A stretch of DNA of 64,000 nt. Origin: Myxococcota bacterium (GTDB lineage: Bacteria; Myxococcota; XYA12-FULL-58-9; JALHOP01). Position numbers and translations under genes: made by a program. The stretch covers positions 1 through 64,000 of the forward strand of contig JBGGMJ010000022.1 of assembly GCA_041288095.1 (NCBI GenBank), given 5' to 3'. The notes under the pieces were generated by a model, which searched no databases, had not been told where the DNA came from, and saw only the letters and a list, made by a program, of their open reading frames with translations. Shown here one piece after another: positions 30,611-40,088 of this stretch (position 1 is the first letter of the stretch; each line of letters opens with the position of its first letter).

Positions 30611-33040
30611 ATGAAAGCGCGGGAAGTACCTTCAGACTGGCCGACCTGCCTGCACACCGTCGTCGAGGTGTGCCTGGCGTCGCGCTTTCCCATGGCCGTC
30701 TGGCGGGGCCCCGAGCTCACCGCGATCTACAACGACGCCTACGCATACCTCTTGGGCTCGCGTCATCCGGCGGCGCTCGGCCGTCCGGCGCCTGAAGGCT
30801 GGGGTGAGTGCTGGCGCCACTTCGCGGCGCAAGCCCACGAGGTCACGACCCAGGGCACCGCTACGTGGAACGAGCGCACCTATATGGCGTTCGAGCGCAA
30901 CGGTACGCTGGTCGACGTCTGGTTCACCTGGTCGCTGTCGCCAATCCGCGACCTCGATGGGAACGTCTGTGCCGTGCTTTGCACCATGACGGACGACACG
31001 GCGGCCGAGCTCGCCGACCGCGAGCGGGCTCAGGTGGAGCGCGCCGAGGCGGCGTTGTTCGCGGCGCGCGCGCGCCTCGAGAACATCCTGTCCGCGGCCG
31101 AGGTCGGCGCTTGGTCACTCGATTTGCGGACCGGCCGCCTCGACAGCGACCGAAATGTCGCCGAGTTCCACGGCTTGGCTGAAGCCGAGCTCCGTAATCG
31201 CGGACCCTCCGCTTTCGTCGACCGCGTCCATCCCGATGACGCGCCGTTACTCGAGGCGGCGCTGACGCGGGCGCACGATACCGGGGCGTTCTTCGACCCC
31301 ATCTATCGTATCGTTCGGCCCGACGGCTCCATCCGTTGGATCGCCAATCGTGGCCGCGTCATCTCCGACGAGAAGGGCGAGCCCGTCTCCATCGACGGCG
31401 TGGCGATCGACATCACCGAGCGCCAGCTCGCGGAGCAGCGCCGCAGGCAGAGCGAGGAGCGCTTGGCGCTGGCGACCCGCGCCGCCGAGCTCGGCATCAT
31501 CGAGTGGAATGCGGTTTCGGACGTCTCGCTCTGGGAGAACCCACGCACCTACGAAATCTTCGGCCGCGACCCGGGCGAGGGGCCGCTCAACCGCCGGCAG
31601 GCGCTCGAGGCGGGCATCGTCCATCCCGATGACATCCAGAAGTTCGAGCTCGCATTGAAAGCGGCGTCACGCCCCGGCGGGACCTTCAAGCTCACGACGC
31701 GAATCAAGCGGCAGAACGACGGCGCGTGGCGCTGGCTCGAGCTCGCCGGCGCACTCACCACCACCACCGACGGCAAGCCTCTGAAGCTCGTCGCGGTGAT
31801 CGCCGACATCACCGATCGCAAGCGCGCCGAGTCCGAGCGCGCGCTCCACCTCGACTCGGAGCGCGCCGCCCGGACGGAGGCCGAGCGCGTCAGTCACATG
31901 AAAGACGAGTTCCTGGCGACGTTGAGTCACGAGTTGCGCACGCCGCTCAACGCGATTCTCGGCTGGTCCGAGCTACTCAAGGCGGACGGCTTGGCCGACG
32001 CGACGCGCCTCCAGGCCGTCGAGATCATCGATCGCAACGCGAGGGTACAGACTCGTCTCATCGAGGATCTGCTCGAGATGAGCCGCATCATCTCGGGCAA
32101 GGTGCGGCTCGATCTGCAGCCCATCGATCTCGCCGATATCGTGGACGCCGCGGTAGAGAGCGCGCAGCCCATGGCGAGCACCCGTGGCGTGCGCTTGTCG
32201 AAGGTGATCGACGCCGGAGTCGGCAAGATGAGCGGCGACCCGGCGCGCCTGCAGCAAGTCGTCACCAACCTGCTCTCGAACGCCATCAAGTTTACGCCCG
32301 TCGGCGGCAACGTCCGAGTGCAGCTGGCGCAGGGGTCGACCGACATCCGGATCATCGTCCGCGATAACGGTAGCGGCATCGCGCCCGACTTCGCGCCGTT
32401 CCTCTTCGACCGCTTCGCGCAAGCGGAGCCCAGTCACACGCGTCGCTTCGGCGGGCTCGGGTTGGGGTTGTCCATCGTCAAGCAGCTCGTGGAAATGCAC
32501 GGCGGCAACGTCACCGCCGAGAGCGCCGGGCTCGGCAAGGGTTCGACGTTCACCGTGAGCTTGCCGCTCGCCAGGGTGACCGCGGGAGCCAATGACGACG
32601 TCGACGACGCGGTGCGTGGCTATGCCGCCGATGCGGGGGGCCTCGACATCAAGCTGCTCACCGGTATCAAGATCCTGGTCGTCGACGATGAGCCGGACGC
32701 GCGTGAGCTCATGAAGCGGGTGCTCGAGACGCGCGAGGCCAAAGTGGTTACGGCCGCGTCCGCGGCGATTGGCCTCGAGCTCGTCGAGCGTTACCGGCCG
32801 GACATCGTCCTCTCCGACATCGGCATGCCGGGGATCGATGGATACGACTTCATCCGCCAGGTCCGTGCCTTGGGCGTGACGCGTGGCGGCACCGTGCCTG
32901 CTATCGCGGTCACCGCGTTCGCGCGCGCCGAAGACAGGGAGCGGGCTCTGCTCGCCGGGTACCAGTCGCACCTCCCCAAGCCCATGCAGGTGCATCAGCT
33001 CGTCGCCGCCATCGCGGCGAGCGTCCCTTGCTCACCGTAG
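30611..33040 (+). CDS. Cytoplasmic PAS hybrid sensor histidine kinase/response regulator
   Basis: Three PAS-like segments, FLATLSHELRTPL, NLLSNAIKF, DNGSGI, GGLGLGL, receiver VVDDE...SDIGMP...KP. Confidence 0.93.
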   Translation: MKAREVPSDWPTCLHTVVEVCLASRFPMAVWRGPELTAIYNDAYAYLLGSRHPAALGRPAPEGWGECWRHFAAQAHEVTTQGTATWNERTYMAFERNGTLVDVWFTWSLSPIRDLDGNVCAVLCTMTDDTAAELADRERAQVERAEAALFAARARLENILSAAEVGAWSLDLRTGRLDSDRNVAEFHGLAEAELRNRGPSAFVDRVHPDDAPLLEAALTRAHDTGAFFDPIYRIVRPDGSIRWIANRGRVISDEKGEPVSIDGVAIDITERQLAEQRRRQSEERLALATRAAELGIIEWNAVSDVSLWENPRTYEIFGRDPGEGPLNRRQALEAGIVHPDDIQKFELALKAASRPGGTFKLTTRIKRQNDGAWRWLELAGALTTTTDGKPLKLVAVIADITDRKRAESERALHLDSERAARTEAERVSHMKDEFLATLSHELRTPLNAILGWSELLKADGLADATRLQAVEIIDRNARVQTRLIEDLLEMSRIISGKVRLDLQPIDLADIVDAAVESAQPMASTRGVRLSKVIDAGVGKMSGDPARLQQVVTNLLSNAIKFTPVGGNVRVQLAQGSTDIRIIVRDNGSGIAPDFAPFLFDRFAQAEPSHTRRFGGLGLGLSIVKQLVEMHGGNVTAESAGLGKGSTFTVSLPLARVTAGANDDVDDAVRGYAADAGGLDIKLLTGIKILVVDDEPDARELMKRVLETREAKVVTAASAAIGLELVERYRPDIVLSDIGMPGIDGYDFIRQVRALGVTRGGTVPAIAVTAFARAEDRERALLAGYQSHLPKPMQVHQLVAAIAASVPCSP

Positions 33041-33063
33041 ACCTCTCGTGAGAGGCAATCGGC

Positions 33064-33717
33064 ATGCGGATGCGGCGCACGCCACCGACCTCCGAGCGCG
33101 AGCTGATGATCCGCGCCGACGCGCTCGCCGGACACAGTGTCGCCGAGATCGCCGCCGGCATGGGCTGGCCACTGCCGCCCGATGCTCGTCGCGCCAAGGG
33201 GTTCGTCGGTCAGCTCATCGAGGCCACTCTCGGCTCTTCACCCGAGGCCGGGGAGCTGCCCGACTTTCTGACCTTGGGGATCGAGCTCAAGACCATTCCC
33301 CTGGCGCCGGACGGCCGGCCGAGCGAGAGCACCTTCTGTTGCTCCATCGACATGGACTCCGTGGACCGCGAGCTCTGGGAAACGTCGCGCCTACGCAAGC
33401 GGTTGGCGCGCGTCCTGTGGGTGCCCGTGACCGCGGCCCGTTTCGCGCCACTGCCCGAACGCCGTCTTGGCAAACCCGTGATCTGGAGCCCGTCCGCTGA
33501 AGAAGACACGACGTTGCGCCACGACTGGGAGAGCATCGCCGGCGTCATCGGGGCCGGGGGCTCGGTGACCGCGCACGTCGGCGCCGCCTTGCAAGCGCGC
33601 CCCAAGGCGGCGTCGTCGAAGGTGCGCACACTCGGCCTCGCCGAAGATGGACTCGTGCGCCGCTTGCCGCTCGGTTTCTACCTGCGCACGTCGTTCACCG
33701 CGAGCATCGTCGCTTGA
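33064..33717 (+). CDS. mutH: MutH-family endonuclease
   Basis: KGFVGQLIE, PDF...GIELKTIP (D-x6-ExK), ESTF, RVLWVP, WSPS, QARPK and GFYLR align with MutH. Confidence 0.8.
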   Translation: MRMRRTPPTSERELMIRADALAGHSVAEIAAGMGWPLPPDARRAKGFVGQLIEATLGSSPEAGELPDFLTLGIELKTIPLAPDGRPSESTFCCSIDMDSVDRELWETSRLRKRLARVLWVPVTAARFAPLPERRLGKPVIWSPSAEEDTTLRHDWESIAGVIGAGGSVTAHVGAALQARPKAASSKVRTLGLAEDGLVRRLPLGFYLRTSFTASIVA

Positions 33718-34574
33718 GCGCCCCGAGCGAACGGGCCATCCGCGTCCCGGGGCTCACGCTCGCGGCCCGCGAATGGGGGGACTCGAGCGCGCCGCACAAG
33801 GTGCTGGCGCTGCACGGTTGGCTCGACAACTGCGCGACGTTCGATGGTCTCGCGCCTCTGCTGAGCGGCGTGCATCTCATCGCCCTGGACCTGCCCGGGC
33901 ACGGCCGCTCCGAGCATCGCAGCGCCAACGACACGTATCACTTCATCGATTGGATCCCCGAGGTCGTCGCCGCGGCCGATGATCTGGGTTGGCAGCGCTT
34001 CACCTTGATGGGCCACTCGATGGGGGCCGCCGTCGCGAGTATCACCGCCGGCACGGTGCCCGAGCGAGTGCGCGGCGTCGTGCTCCTCGACGGCATGGCG
34101 CCGTTCGCGACAGCGCCCAAGGACGCGCCGGGCACGCTCGCCGCATATATTCGCCAGCGGACGCGCTTGCTCGAGAAGGAAAGGCCGTTCTACCCGTCGC
34201 GCGAAGCGGCGACGGAGCGGCTCCTCAAGGTAGCCAATCTGACACGCGAGGCCGCTACGACCCTCGTCGGGCGCAACACCATCGAGGCGGCCGAAGGTGT
34301 GGTCTGGACCTACGACACCCGCCTGCGCCGTATTTCGCCGATGCGCTTCACTGATGAGCACAACCGCGCATTTTTACGCGCCATCACGGCGCCGGTGCTC
34401 TTCGTACGGCCGACGGACGGCATTCCCGTCGATGAGACGCTCCTGGCAACCTGGGTTGGCGACATCGGCAAGCTGACGCGGGCTTCGCCGGTCGGCGGGC
34501 ACCACGTCCATCTCGAGTACCCGGACCGCGTCGCGCCCATGGTGCAAGATTTCTTGCAGGGGCTGCCTGAATAG
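33714..34574 (+). CDS. Alpha/beta fold hydrolase
   Basis: LHGWLDN, DLPGHG, GHSMG nucleophile elbow and GGHHVH. Confidence 0.9.
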   Translation: MSAPSERAIRVPGLTLAAREWGDSSAPHKVLALHGWLDNCATFDGLAPLLSGVHLIALDLPGHGRSEHRSANDTYHFIDWIPEVVAAADDLGWQRFTLMGHSMGAAVASITAGTVPERVRGVVLLDGMAPFATAPKDAPGTLAAYIRQRTRLLEKERPFYPSREAATERLLKVANLTREAATTLVGRNTIEAAEGVVWTYDTRLRRISPMRFTDEHNRAFLRAITAPVLFVRPTDGIPVDETLLATWVGDIGKLTRASPVGGHHVHLEYPDRVAPMVQDFLQGLPE

Positions 34575-34606
34575 ATCCGGGCGCACGCCCGTCGGATCGA
34601 TCCCCA

Positions 34607-35443
34607 ATGCGATGGCTCGGTCCCGTGGCGCTAGTCATGTCGTTCGCGAGCCCGGCCATGGCCGAGCCCCGGGGGCCGCCCACCAGCGTGGGTGACGCCA
34701 TCATGCGGTCGCTCGGCGGTATCGAGGTCTCGCTATTGCGCGGCGGAGCGGATGTCGCTTCGGCAGTGCGCACGGAAGAGGGGAGCGAGCTTACGGTGGC
34801 GAGCGGCCGCGCGCGCCAGTCGGGTTATCGGATCTCGACCTACAGCTCGCCGGGCACGACCGGCTTTCGTCTGACGCCGAACTTCGGCTTTCTCGATCAG
34901 CGCATCGACATCAGCGATTTTCGCGAGGATCTGCCGCTCACCGGTAGCGGCAGCGGTACCGACATCGGAGTCACCTGCGCGACCGCCGAGACCGGCGAGC
35001 TCATCGATTGCAACGAGCCCAACACCTACGCGTTGCGCATGCGCAGCGGCTTTCTCGGCGCCCGCGGCGGTCTCGACATCGTCGGTGGCCGCATCGGTTA
35101 CGAGTGGTTTCTCTCCGCCGACGTCATCCTCAACGTCGTCGAGTATCGCTATGTCAACGCGCGCATCGGCCGCTATCGCACCAGCGGCGGTGAATTCGCG
35201 GCGCTACAATCCGGCGGTGTCGGTGTCGGCTTTGGCGTTCGCATTCCGCAGCTTCATGCCGCGACGCGCATCGCCTTCGAGTACATGGGCTATCGCGATT
35301 TCGATTATGCCGATCCGCTCGAGTTCAAGGGCCCGGTCGTTTTCAACGAGGAGAAGGACGTCTACGAGCGGCCGCGCGTCTTCGTGAGCGGCGCCTCACT
35401 CACCACCTGGAGCTTCATATGGGCGTTCGCCATTACGTATTAA
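34607..35443 (+). CDS. Exported protein, probable outer-membrane beta-barrel
   Basis: Signal peptide (…ASPAMA), alternating beta-strand pattern, C-terminal WAFAITY. Confidence 0.6.
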   Translation: MRWLGPVALVMSFASPAMAEPRGPPTSVGDAIMRSLGGIEVSLLRGGADVASAVRTEEGSELTVASGRARQSGYRISTYSSPGTTGFRLTPNFGFLDQRIDISDFREDLPLTGSGSGTDIGVTCATAETGELIDCNEPNTYALRMRSGFLGARGGLDIVGGRIGYEWFLSADVILNVVEYRYVNARIGRYRTSGGEFAALQSGGVGVGFGVRIPQLHAATRIAFEYMGYRDFDYADPLEFKGPVVFNEEKDVYERPRVFVSGASLTTWSFIWAFAITY

Positions 35444-35829
35444 TAGCCGCGGTCGCCGTCGCGAGCTGTGCGGCCGACTTTGGGCCCCCGACGCCTGTCA
35501 ACATCACCGTCCGCAATCGCAGTCAGTTCGAGCTGCTCGACTTGCGGTTCCATCCGAGCCCCGACTGGAGCGAGACCCCGAATCTGCTGCTAGCGCCGCT
35601 GGGCGTCGAGGAGGCGCTGCCCGTGGTTTTCGTCAACGGCGACTACGTCACCGCGATGCGCCGCAAGATCGAGGTCGGTGAGGTCATCGCCATCAGCAGC
35701 GCCGAGCCCTTGCCGGACATCGAAGAGGGCGACACGCTCATCGTCTTCGACATGTCGTTTCGCATCGAGGCCGCGCCCTACGTGCCGCCGGAGGATACCT
35801 CGACGACCACGCTGGGCTCGATGAGATAG
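35419..35829 (+). CDS. Hypothetical lipoprotein
   Basis: Hydrophobic N-terminus with VAS-C lipobox and a small beta-rich domain (ITVRN...LRF.PS..WS..NLL). Confidence 0.65.
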   Translation: MGVRHYVLIAAVAVASCAADFGPPTPVNITVRNRSQFELLDLRFHPSPDWSETPNLLLAPLGVEEALPVVFVNGDYVTAMRRKIEVGEVIAISSAEPLPDIEEGDTLIVFDMSFRIEAAPYVPPEDTSTTTLGSMR

Positions 35830-36284
35830 CCGTCGTCGCGCGTCTGCAATAGCGGGCGGAGACCGAGGCGACGAAGCGTCGCCAGCGCGACATAGACTCG
35901 CGCGGCTCCCGATTCCGGCGTCGTGCGTTGTCCCGGCCAACCGGCGGCGAAGAGCTCGTTCAAGGTAGTGGCGCTGCCCGCCGCCCGCTGGTGCCGTTCG
36001 ATGAGCGCCTTGAAGAGCAGGCGAAGCGGTCCACGGCGCTGCAGCGATACACGTACCTCGCCTTCGAGCTCGAACCAGCGCAGGTCCGCGTCGATCTTGA
36101 GGCGCTTCGATTTCGCGACGCCCTCCGAGGCGAGGAGCGTCTCGAGAGTGTCGACGGCTCGGCGCAGTCGCAGGCGATCGTCTTTGGAGAGAGCGCTGCG
36201 TTGCTCGGCGATCGCCTCGACCATCGCGAGAGCGTGGTCCAACCGGGAAACAGGCGTGTGCGCTACCGGTCCATCGTCCGGCAT
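35778..36284 (-). CDS. Stand-alone winged-helix (OmpR/PhoB C-terminal-like) protein
   Basis: ELFAAGWPG...RVYVALATLRRLGL...GYLI pattern; AAGGAG RBS upstream. Confidence 0.7.
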   Translation of the reverse strand: MPDDGPVAHTPVSRLDHALAMVEAIAEQRSALSKDDRLRLRRAVDTLETLLASEGVAKSKRLKIDADLRWFELEGEVRVSLQRRGPLRLLFKALIERHQRAAGSATTLNELFAAGWPGQRTTPESGAARVYVALATLRRLGLRPLLQTRDDGYLIEPSVVVEVSSGGT

Positions 36285-36492
36285 GGCTTGGCTCCTTCGT
36301 TGGCTGGAGTGCCTCGTCGGCGGCCTCGCGGGAGGGCCGATCGGTGCCAGCTGCGTCAGCGACGGGTGTTACCAAGGGAACGTTCGGCGGGGGTTTTCGG
36401 ATCTATGCCCTTCCATGAGCCCCGAACGCCCCGAATGCCGGCGTGTCAGGCACTACCTCACAACGAATCGGCGCGCACCGCGATGATGGTCG

Positions 36493-36945
36493 ATGCGCCT
36501 CTCTCAGGCGCACCAATCCTACATTCCGGAGATTTCCATGGCGCTGCCTGAAACCCAGCCGTTGCGTGCGGGTGTTTCTTCCTCGGGGGCCCTGCAGGGT
36601 CCTTCCACTCCCGCGACCCGCTCGTCGGTTGCGCTCGATCTCTCGGCTGGCTTCACCACGGGTGAGCACGGGAGCGCGCGCCTGTTGCTCCGCGACCGCG
36701 ACTGGGACCGTCACCGTCACTATGATCGCAACGATCGCTGGCCGGGCCCGCACCGTCCCGGTCCTTATCGCCCGTATCCGCCGCCATACTATCCGCCGCG
36801 TCCCTATCCGGTTCCGATCCCGATCCCCGGCTACCCCTCGCCGCTGCCGGGCCCGCTCCCGGGCGAGCGCGCCTGCTATCCCTGGGAAGCCGGGAGCTGG
36901 GGCTCGCGCCAAGACGTGTTCGGCCGCTGGTGGTGCCGCTGGTAG
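36493..36945 (+). CDS. Small Pro/Tyr/Trp-rich hypothetical protein (start may be 36538)
   Basis: GGAGA upstream of the ATG at 36538; high-GC codon usage; fills an otherwise empty gap. Confidence 0.55.
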   Translation: MRLSQAHQSYIPEISMALPETQPLRAGVSSSGALQGPSTPATRSSVALDLSAGFTTGEHGSARLLLRDRDWDRHRHYDRNDRWPGPHRPGPYRPYPPPYYPPRPYPVPIPIPGYPSPLPGPLPGERACYPWEAGSWGSRQDVFGRWWCRW

Positions 36946-36982
36946 CAGCGGGTCTCTCGCTCGCCGCGAGGTTTCCTCGCGG

Positions 36983-37426
36983 CTACGAGTGATCGTCCTC
37001 GGCCTGCGGCATGCCGGGGATCTGCGCCAGCTCATGGGCGCGGTCCGCCGCCGCCTTCTTGCGCATCACCGTGAGGAACTCGCGGATGTAGCGCTCGATC
37101 GCCTTCTTGTCCTTGCGCGTGATCTTCACGAACTCGAGACCCATGCCCTGAGCGAAGGAGCTGCTGTCGTCGCTCTTGGCGGTCGACCAGCGCACGATGC
37201 ACGTCGCGGTGATCGGTGTTTTTTGCTCGGGCAGGGTGAACGAGACGTCGAACTCCGAGCCGCGCGGCATGGGGTTCGGCGTCGCGATGAACACGCCGTT
37301 GTTCGAGATGTTGGTGATGCGGCTCTTCAGGAGCACGTCGCGGCCCGGGTAGTCCGGCGCGATGAATACGCGCGACGGGACCCGGAAGTACCGCGACAGC
37401 ACCGCGATGGGGATCTCGCCTTTCAC
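36983..37426 (-). CDS. PilZ-domain protein (myxobacterial type)
   Basis: R..RVP, NISNNGVFI, VRW and GMGLEF motifs. Confidence 0.8.
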   Translation of the reverse strand: MKGEIPIAVLSRYFRVPSRVFIAPDYPGRDVLLKSRITNISNNGVFIATPNPMPRGSEFDVSFTLPEQKTPITATCIVRWSTAKSDDSSSFAQGMGLEFVKITRKDKKAIERYIREFLTVMRKKAAADRAHELAQIPGMPQAEDDHS

Positions 37427-37446
37427 GCTTGGGGATCCTAACCGAA

Positions 37447-40065
37447 TCAGGCGCTGCGCGCAGCACCCTCGTGTTTGGTGAAGTCACGCAGTAACCAGGC
37501 ACGCAGGCCGTTGGCCTCCCGGGTCGAGAGCTCGGCCTTGAGCCGCATGGCCTCCAGGGCCTTCTGGAGGGCGCGCTTGGCCTCTTCGACGGGGTGCTTG
37601 GTGAAGAAGGCGTCGACGTCTTCCTCGAGATCGGCCGGCAGCGACCCTGTGGACTCGACCAAGCGCGCCACCCCCATCGACCCCACACGTGGGCCAATGG
37701 CCGACCAGTGCTTCTTCAGGAACTCCCAGGCGCCGCGCTGGGTCGCCTTGCGAGAGAGCATCGGGGCGATGACCACGCGGAGCTGCTCTTGCGGCACGGT
37801 TTCGTCGAGGCACATGGCGAGGACGCGGGCATTGGCCTTCTTGTCCTCGAAAGCGGACAGAGCGCCGAGGTAGCGTGCCTGCAGGTCGGGCGTGCTGCGG
37901 GCTTCCTTGCGCGCGAGATAGACGCGTACGTAGCTGTCGAGCAGGGCGTTGTCGCCTTTGACGGCCCCCAGCGCGACCAGTGTCCCGGCGAGGTTCGGAT
38001 CGACGGCGGTCGGATCCTCCATTTCGCGCGCGACGAGCCGAGCCGCCTCGGCGAGCACCTTCGGGTCACGCCCGAGCTCACCCAGCGCGTAGACGATCGA
38101 GGCGCGACGTACGCCCTGTGCCTCGGGCTCGCCGTGGCGCGTCTCCATGCCCAGCGATTCGAGCTGCGGTGAGAAGAACCAGCGAACGAGCTCGGCGAAG
38201 CGCGCTTCCTCCGCCGGTCCGACGAGGTAGCTGTGAATCGAGCTCAAGGCCTTGGTCATCGAGCGCGTGACGATGTGATCGTTGTCGCCGCGGAAGGCCG
38301 AGAGCACGTCGAGGAAGGCGCCGACGTCACTTTCGCCATTGCGTACCAAGGCCCACTGATCCTCGATGAGCGTCATGCGCTCCGAGGGGGCAAGGTCCGC
38401 CACCGCGGTCAGTAGCCGTGCCCGCATTAGGGCATCCATCTGCACGCGATAGAAACCACCCGCCGAGGCGTTGGCGTGCACCCAGCGCACGCCCGCTGGG
38501 AGGTCGACGGTCTCCTCCGTGTTTCGCATCAAGTGGCGGTGCGTCTGGATCCCGTTTGGTCCGCTGTAGCGGATGACGATGGGAATGGTCCAGACCTGCG
38601 CCGTCCCCTTCTTCATCATGCCGGCGTCGGAGAAGAAGCGGCGCTGCTTCAAGGTGAGCGTCGTCTTGCCGCCGCTGTCCGCCATGCCGGGCGCGGCGCT
38701 CACTGTCACCAGCGGAAAGCCTTCTTGCTCGACCCAGCTACGCATGAGCTCGCCGACCGGCTCACCCGACGCGTCCGCAAGGCAGCGCCACAAGTCCGCG
38801 CCAGCAGCGTTCTTGTTCTTGAACTCGGTCTGGTAGGCCTTGATGCCTTTCTGGAACACGGCGTCGCCCAGGTAGGCCTCGCACATGCGCAGCACGGCGC
38901 AGCCCTTCTCGTAGGTAATCACATCGAAGAGCTCGGTCGCCTCGGCCGGCGTCTTCACCGGCGTGTACACCGGGTGCGTATTCACCAGCGCGTCGGCGGC
39001 GAGAGCGCTCTCCTTGGACTCGAGGTAGTCGTCCCACATGCGCCAGGTGGGCTGCCAGACGTCGACGGCCTTGTAGGCGATCCAGGTGGCGAAGGCCTCG
39101 TTGAGCCAGAGGTCGTCCCACCACTTCATGGTGACCAGGTTTCCGAACCACTGGTGCGCGAGCTCGTGCGCGATGACCTCCGCAATCCGTTTTTGCGACG
39201 TCCACGAGGTGGCGCCCGGCTGCATCAGGAGAAGATTCTGGCGGTAGAAGATGGCGCCGACGTTCTCCATGGCACCGGCGTCGAAGCCCGGAACCGCCAC
39301 CTGATCGAGCTTCTGGTAGTTGTACTTCTGTCCGAAGTACTTCTCGTACCAAGGGAGCACCTGGGCGGTGACGTCCTGCGCGAAGTCGGTGAGCTTGCCT
39401 TTGCCGGGACCGGCCCAAGCTCGGCACGGGATCTTGGCGACGATGCGTTTCTTCGAAGCCTCGAGCTTGCCGATGGTGACCGCCACCAAATAGCTCGAGA
39501 TGATGCGCGTCGCGCCGAAGGCGTGGGTCTCGGCCGGCTTGCCGCTTACGCGGACTTTCTTCACGCCCTTGGGTACGCCGTTGGTGATCACCGTCAGGCC
39601 GGCGTCGGTGGTCACAGTCCATTGGAACGTGGCTTTGTGCTCCGGCTCGTCGAAGCAAGGAAAGATGCCGCGCGCGTCGGTCGCTTCGCATTGTGAGACG
39701 ATGGCGCGTTCGTCACCGTCCTTGGCCAGGTAGAGGCCGTGCATGCTGGGGTTGAGCTTGCCCTTGAAGCTCGTGGTGATCTCGAACGCGCCCTTCGGCA
39801 GCTCTTTGGGGAAGCGCAGCTCGACCGTCTCGCGGTCTTTGCGGAGCTTTGCCTTACCTTTGATCTTCTTCTTGCCGACGATGGCGACGACGTCACCGAC
39901 CGTGAGGTCGCGGGCGTGCAGCTCGACCACCTCCGAAGCGACCCGGCTCTTCAAGCTGATGCGCACGGTGCCGGAGAAGGTCATCTTCTTCGGGGTGGCG
40001 AAGAGGTGGATGGCGTAGGCGCGTGGCGTGATATCCTTCGAAAGCCGATAGTCCGTGGTCGTCAT
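37447..40065 (-). CDS. M1 family aminopeptidase with ERAP1-like C-terminal domain
   Basis: FPCFDEP, GAMEN, HELAHQW...WLNE and YEKG motifs; ATG at 40065. Confidence 0.93.
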   Translation of the reverse strand: MTTTDYRLSKDITPRAYAIHLFATPKKMTFSGTVRISLKSRVASEVVELHARDLTVGDVVAIVGKKKIKGKAKLRKDRETVELRFPKELPKGAFEITTSFKGKLNPSMHGLYLAKDGDERAIVSQCEATDARGIFPCFDEPEHKATFQWTVTTDAGLTVITNGVPKGVKKVRVSGKPAETHAFGATRIISSYLVAVTIGKLEASKKRIVAKIPCRAWAGPGKGKLTDFAQDVTAQVLPWYEKYFGQKYNYQKLDQVAVPGFDAGAMENVGAIFYRQNLLLMQPGATSWTSQKRIAEVIAHELAHQWFGNLVTMKWWDDLWLNEAFATWIAYKAVDVWQPTWRMWDDYLESKESALAADALVNTHPVYTPVKTPAEATELFDVITYEKGCAVLRMCEAYLGDAVFQKGIKAYQTEFKNKNAAGADLWRCLADASGEPVGELMRSWVEQEGFPLVTVSAAPGMADSGGKTTLTLKQRRFFSDAGMMKKGTAQVWTIPIVIRYSGPNGIQTHRHLMRNTEETVDLPAGVRWVHANASAGGFYRVQMDALMRARLLTAVADLAPSERMTLIEDQWALVRNGESDVGAFLDVLSAFRGDNDHIVTRSMTKALSSIHSYLVGPAEEARFAELVRWFFSPQLESLGMETRHGEPEAQGVRRASIVYALGELGRDPKVLAEAARLVAREMEDPTAVDPNLAGTLVALGAVKGDNALLDSYVRVYLARKEARSTPDLQARYLGALSAFEDKKANARVLAMCLDETVPQEQLRVVIAPMLSRKATQRGAWEFLKKHWSAIGPRVGSMGVARLVESTGSLPADLEEDVDAFFTKHPVEEAKRALQKALEAMRLKAELSTREANGLRAWLLRDFTKHEGAARSA

Positions 40066-40088
40066 GCGGACATGAGGCTTAGCTGCGA

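Noticed and set aside
33064..34574. MutH plus hydrolase as a restriction-modification or defence system
   Set aside because: No DNA methyltransferase or other defence gene adjacent; the 40089 methyltransferase is small-molecule type and 6 kb away.
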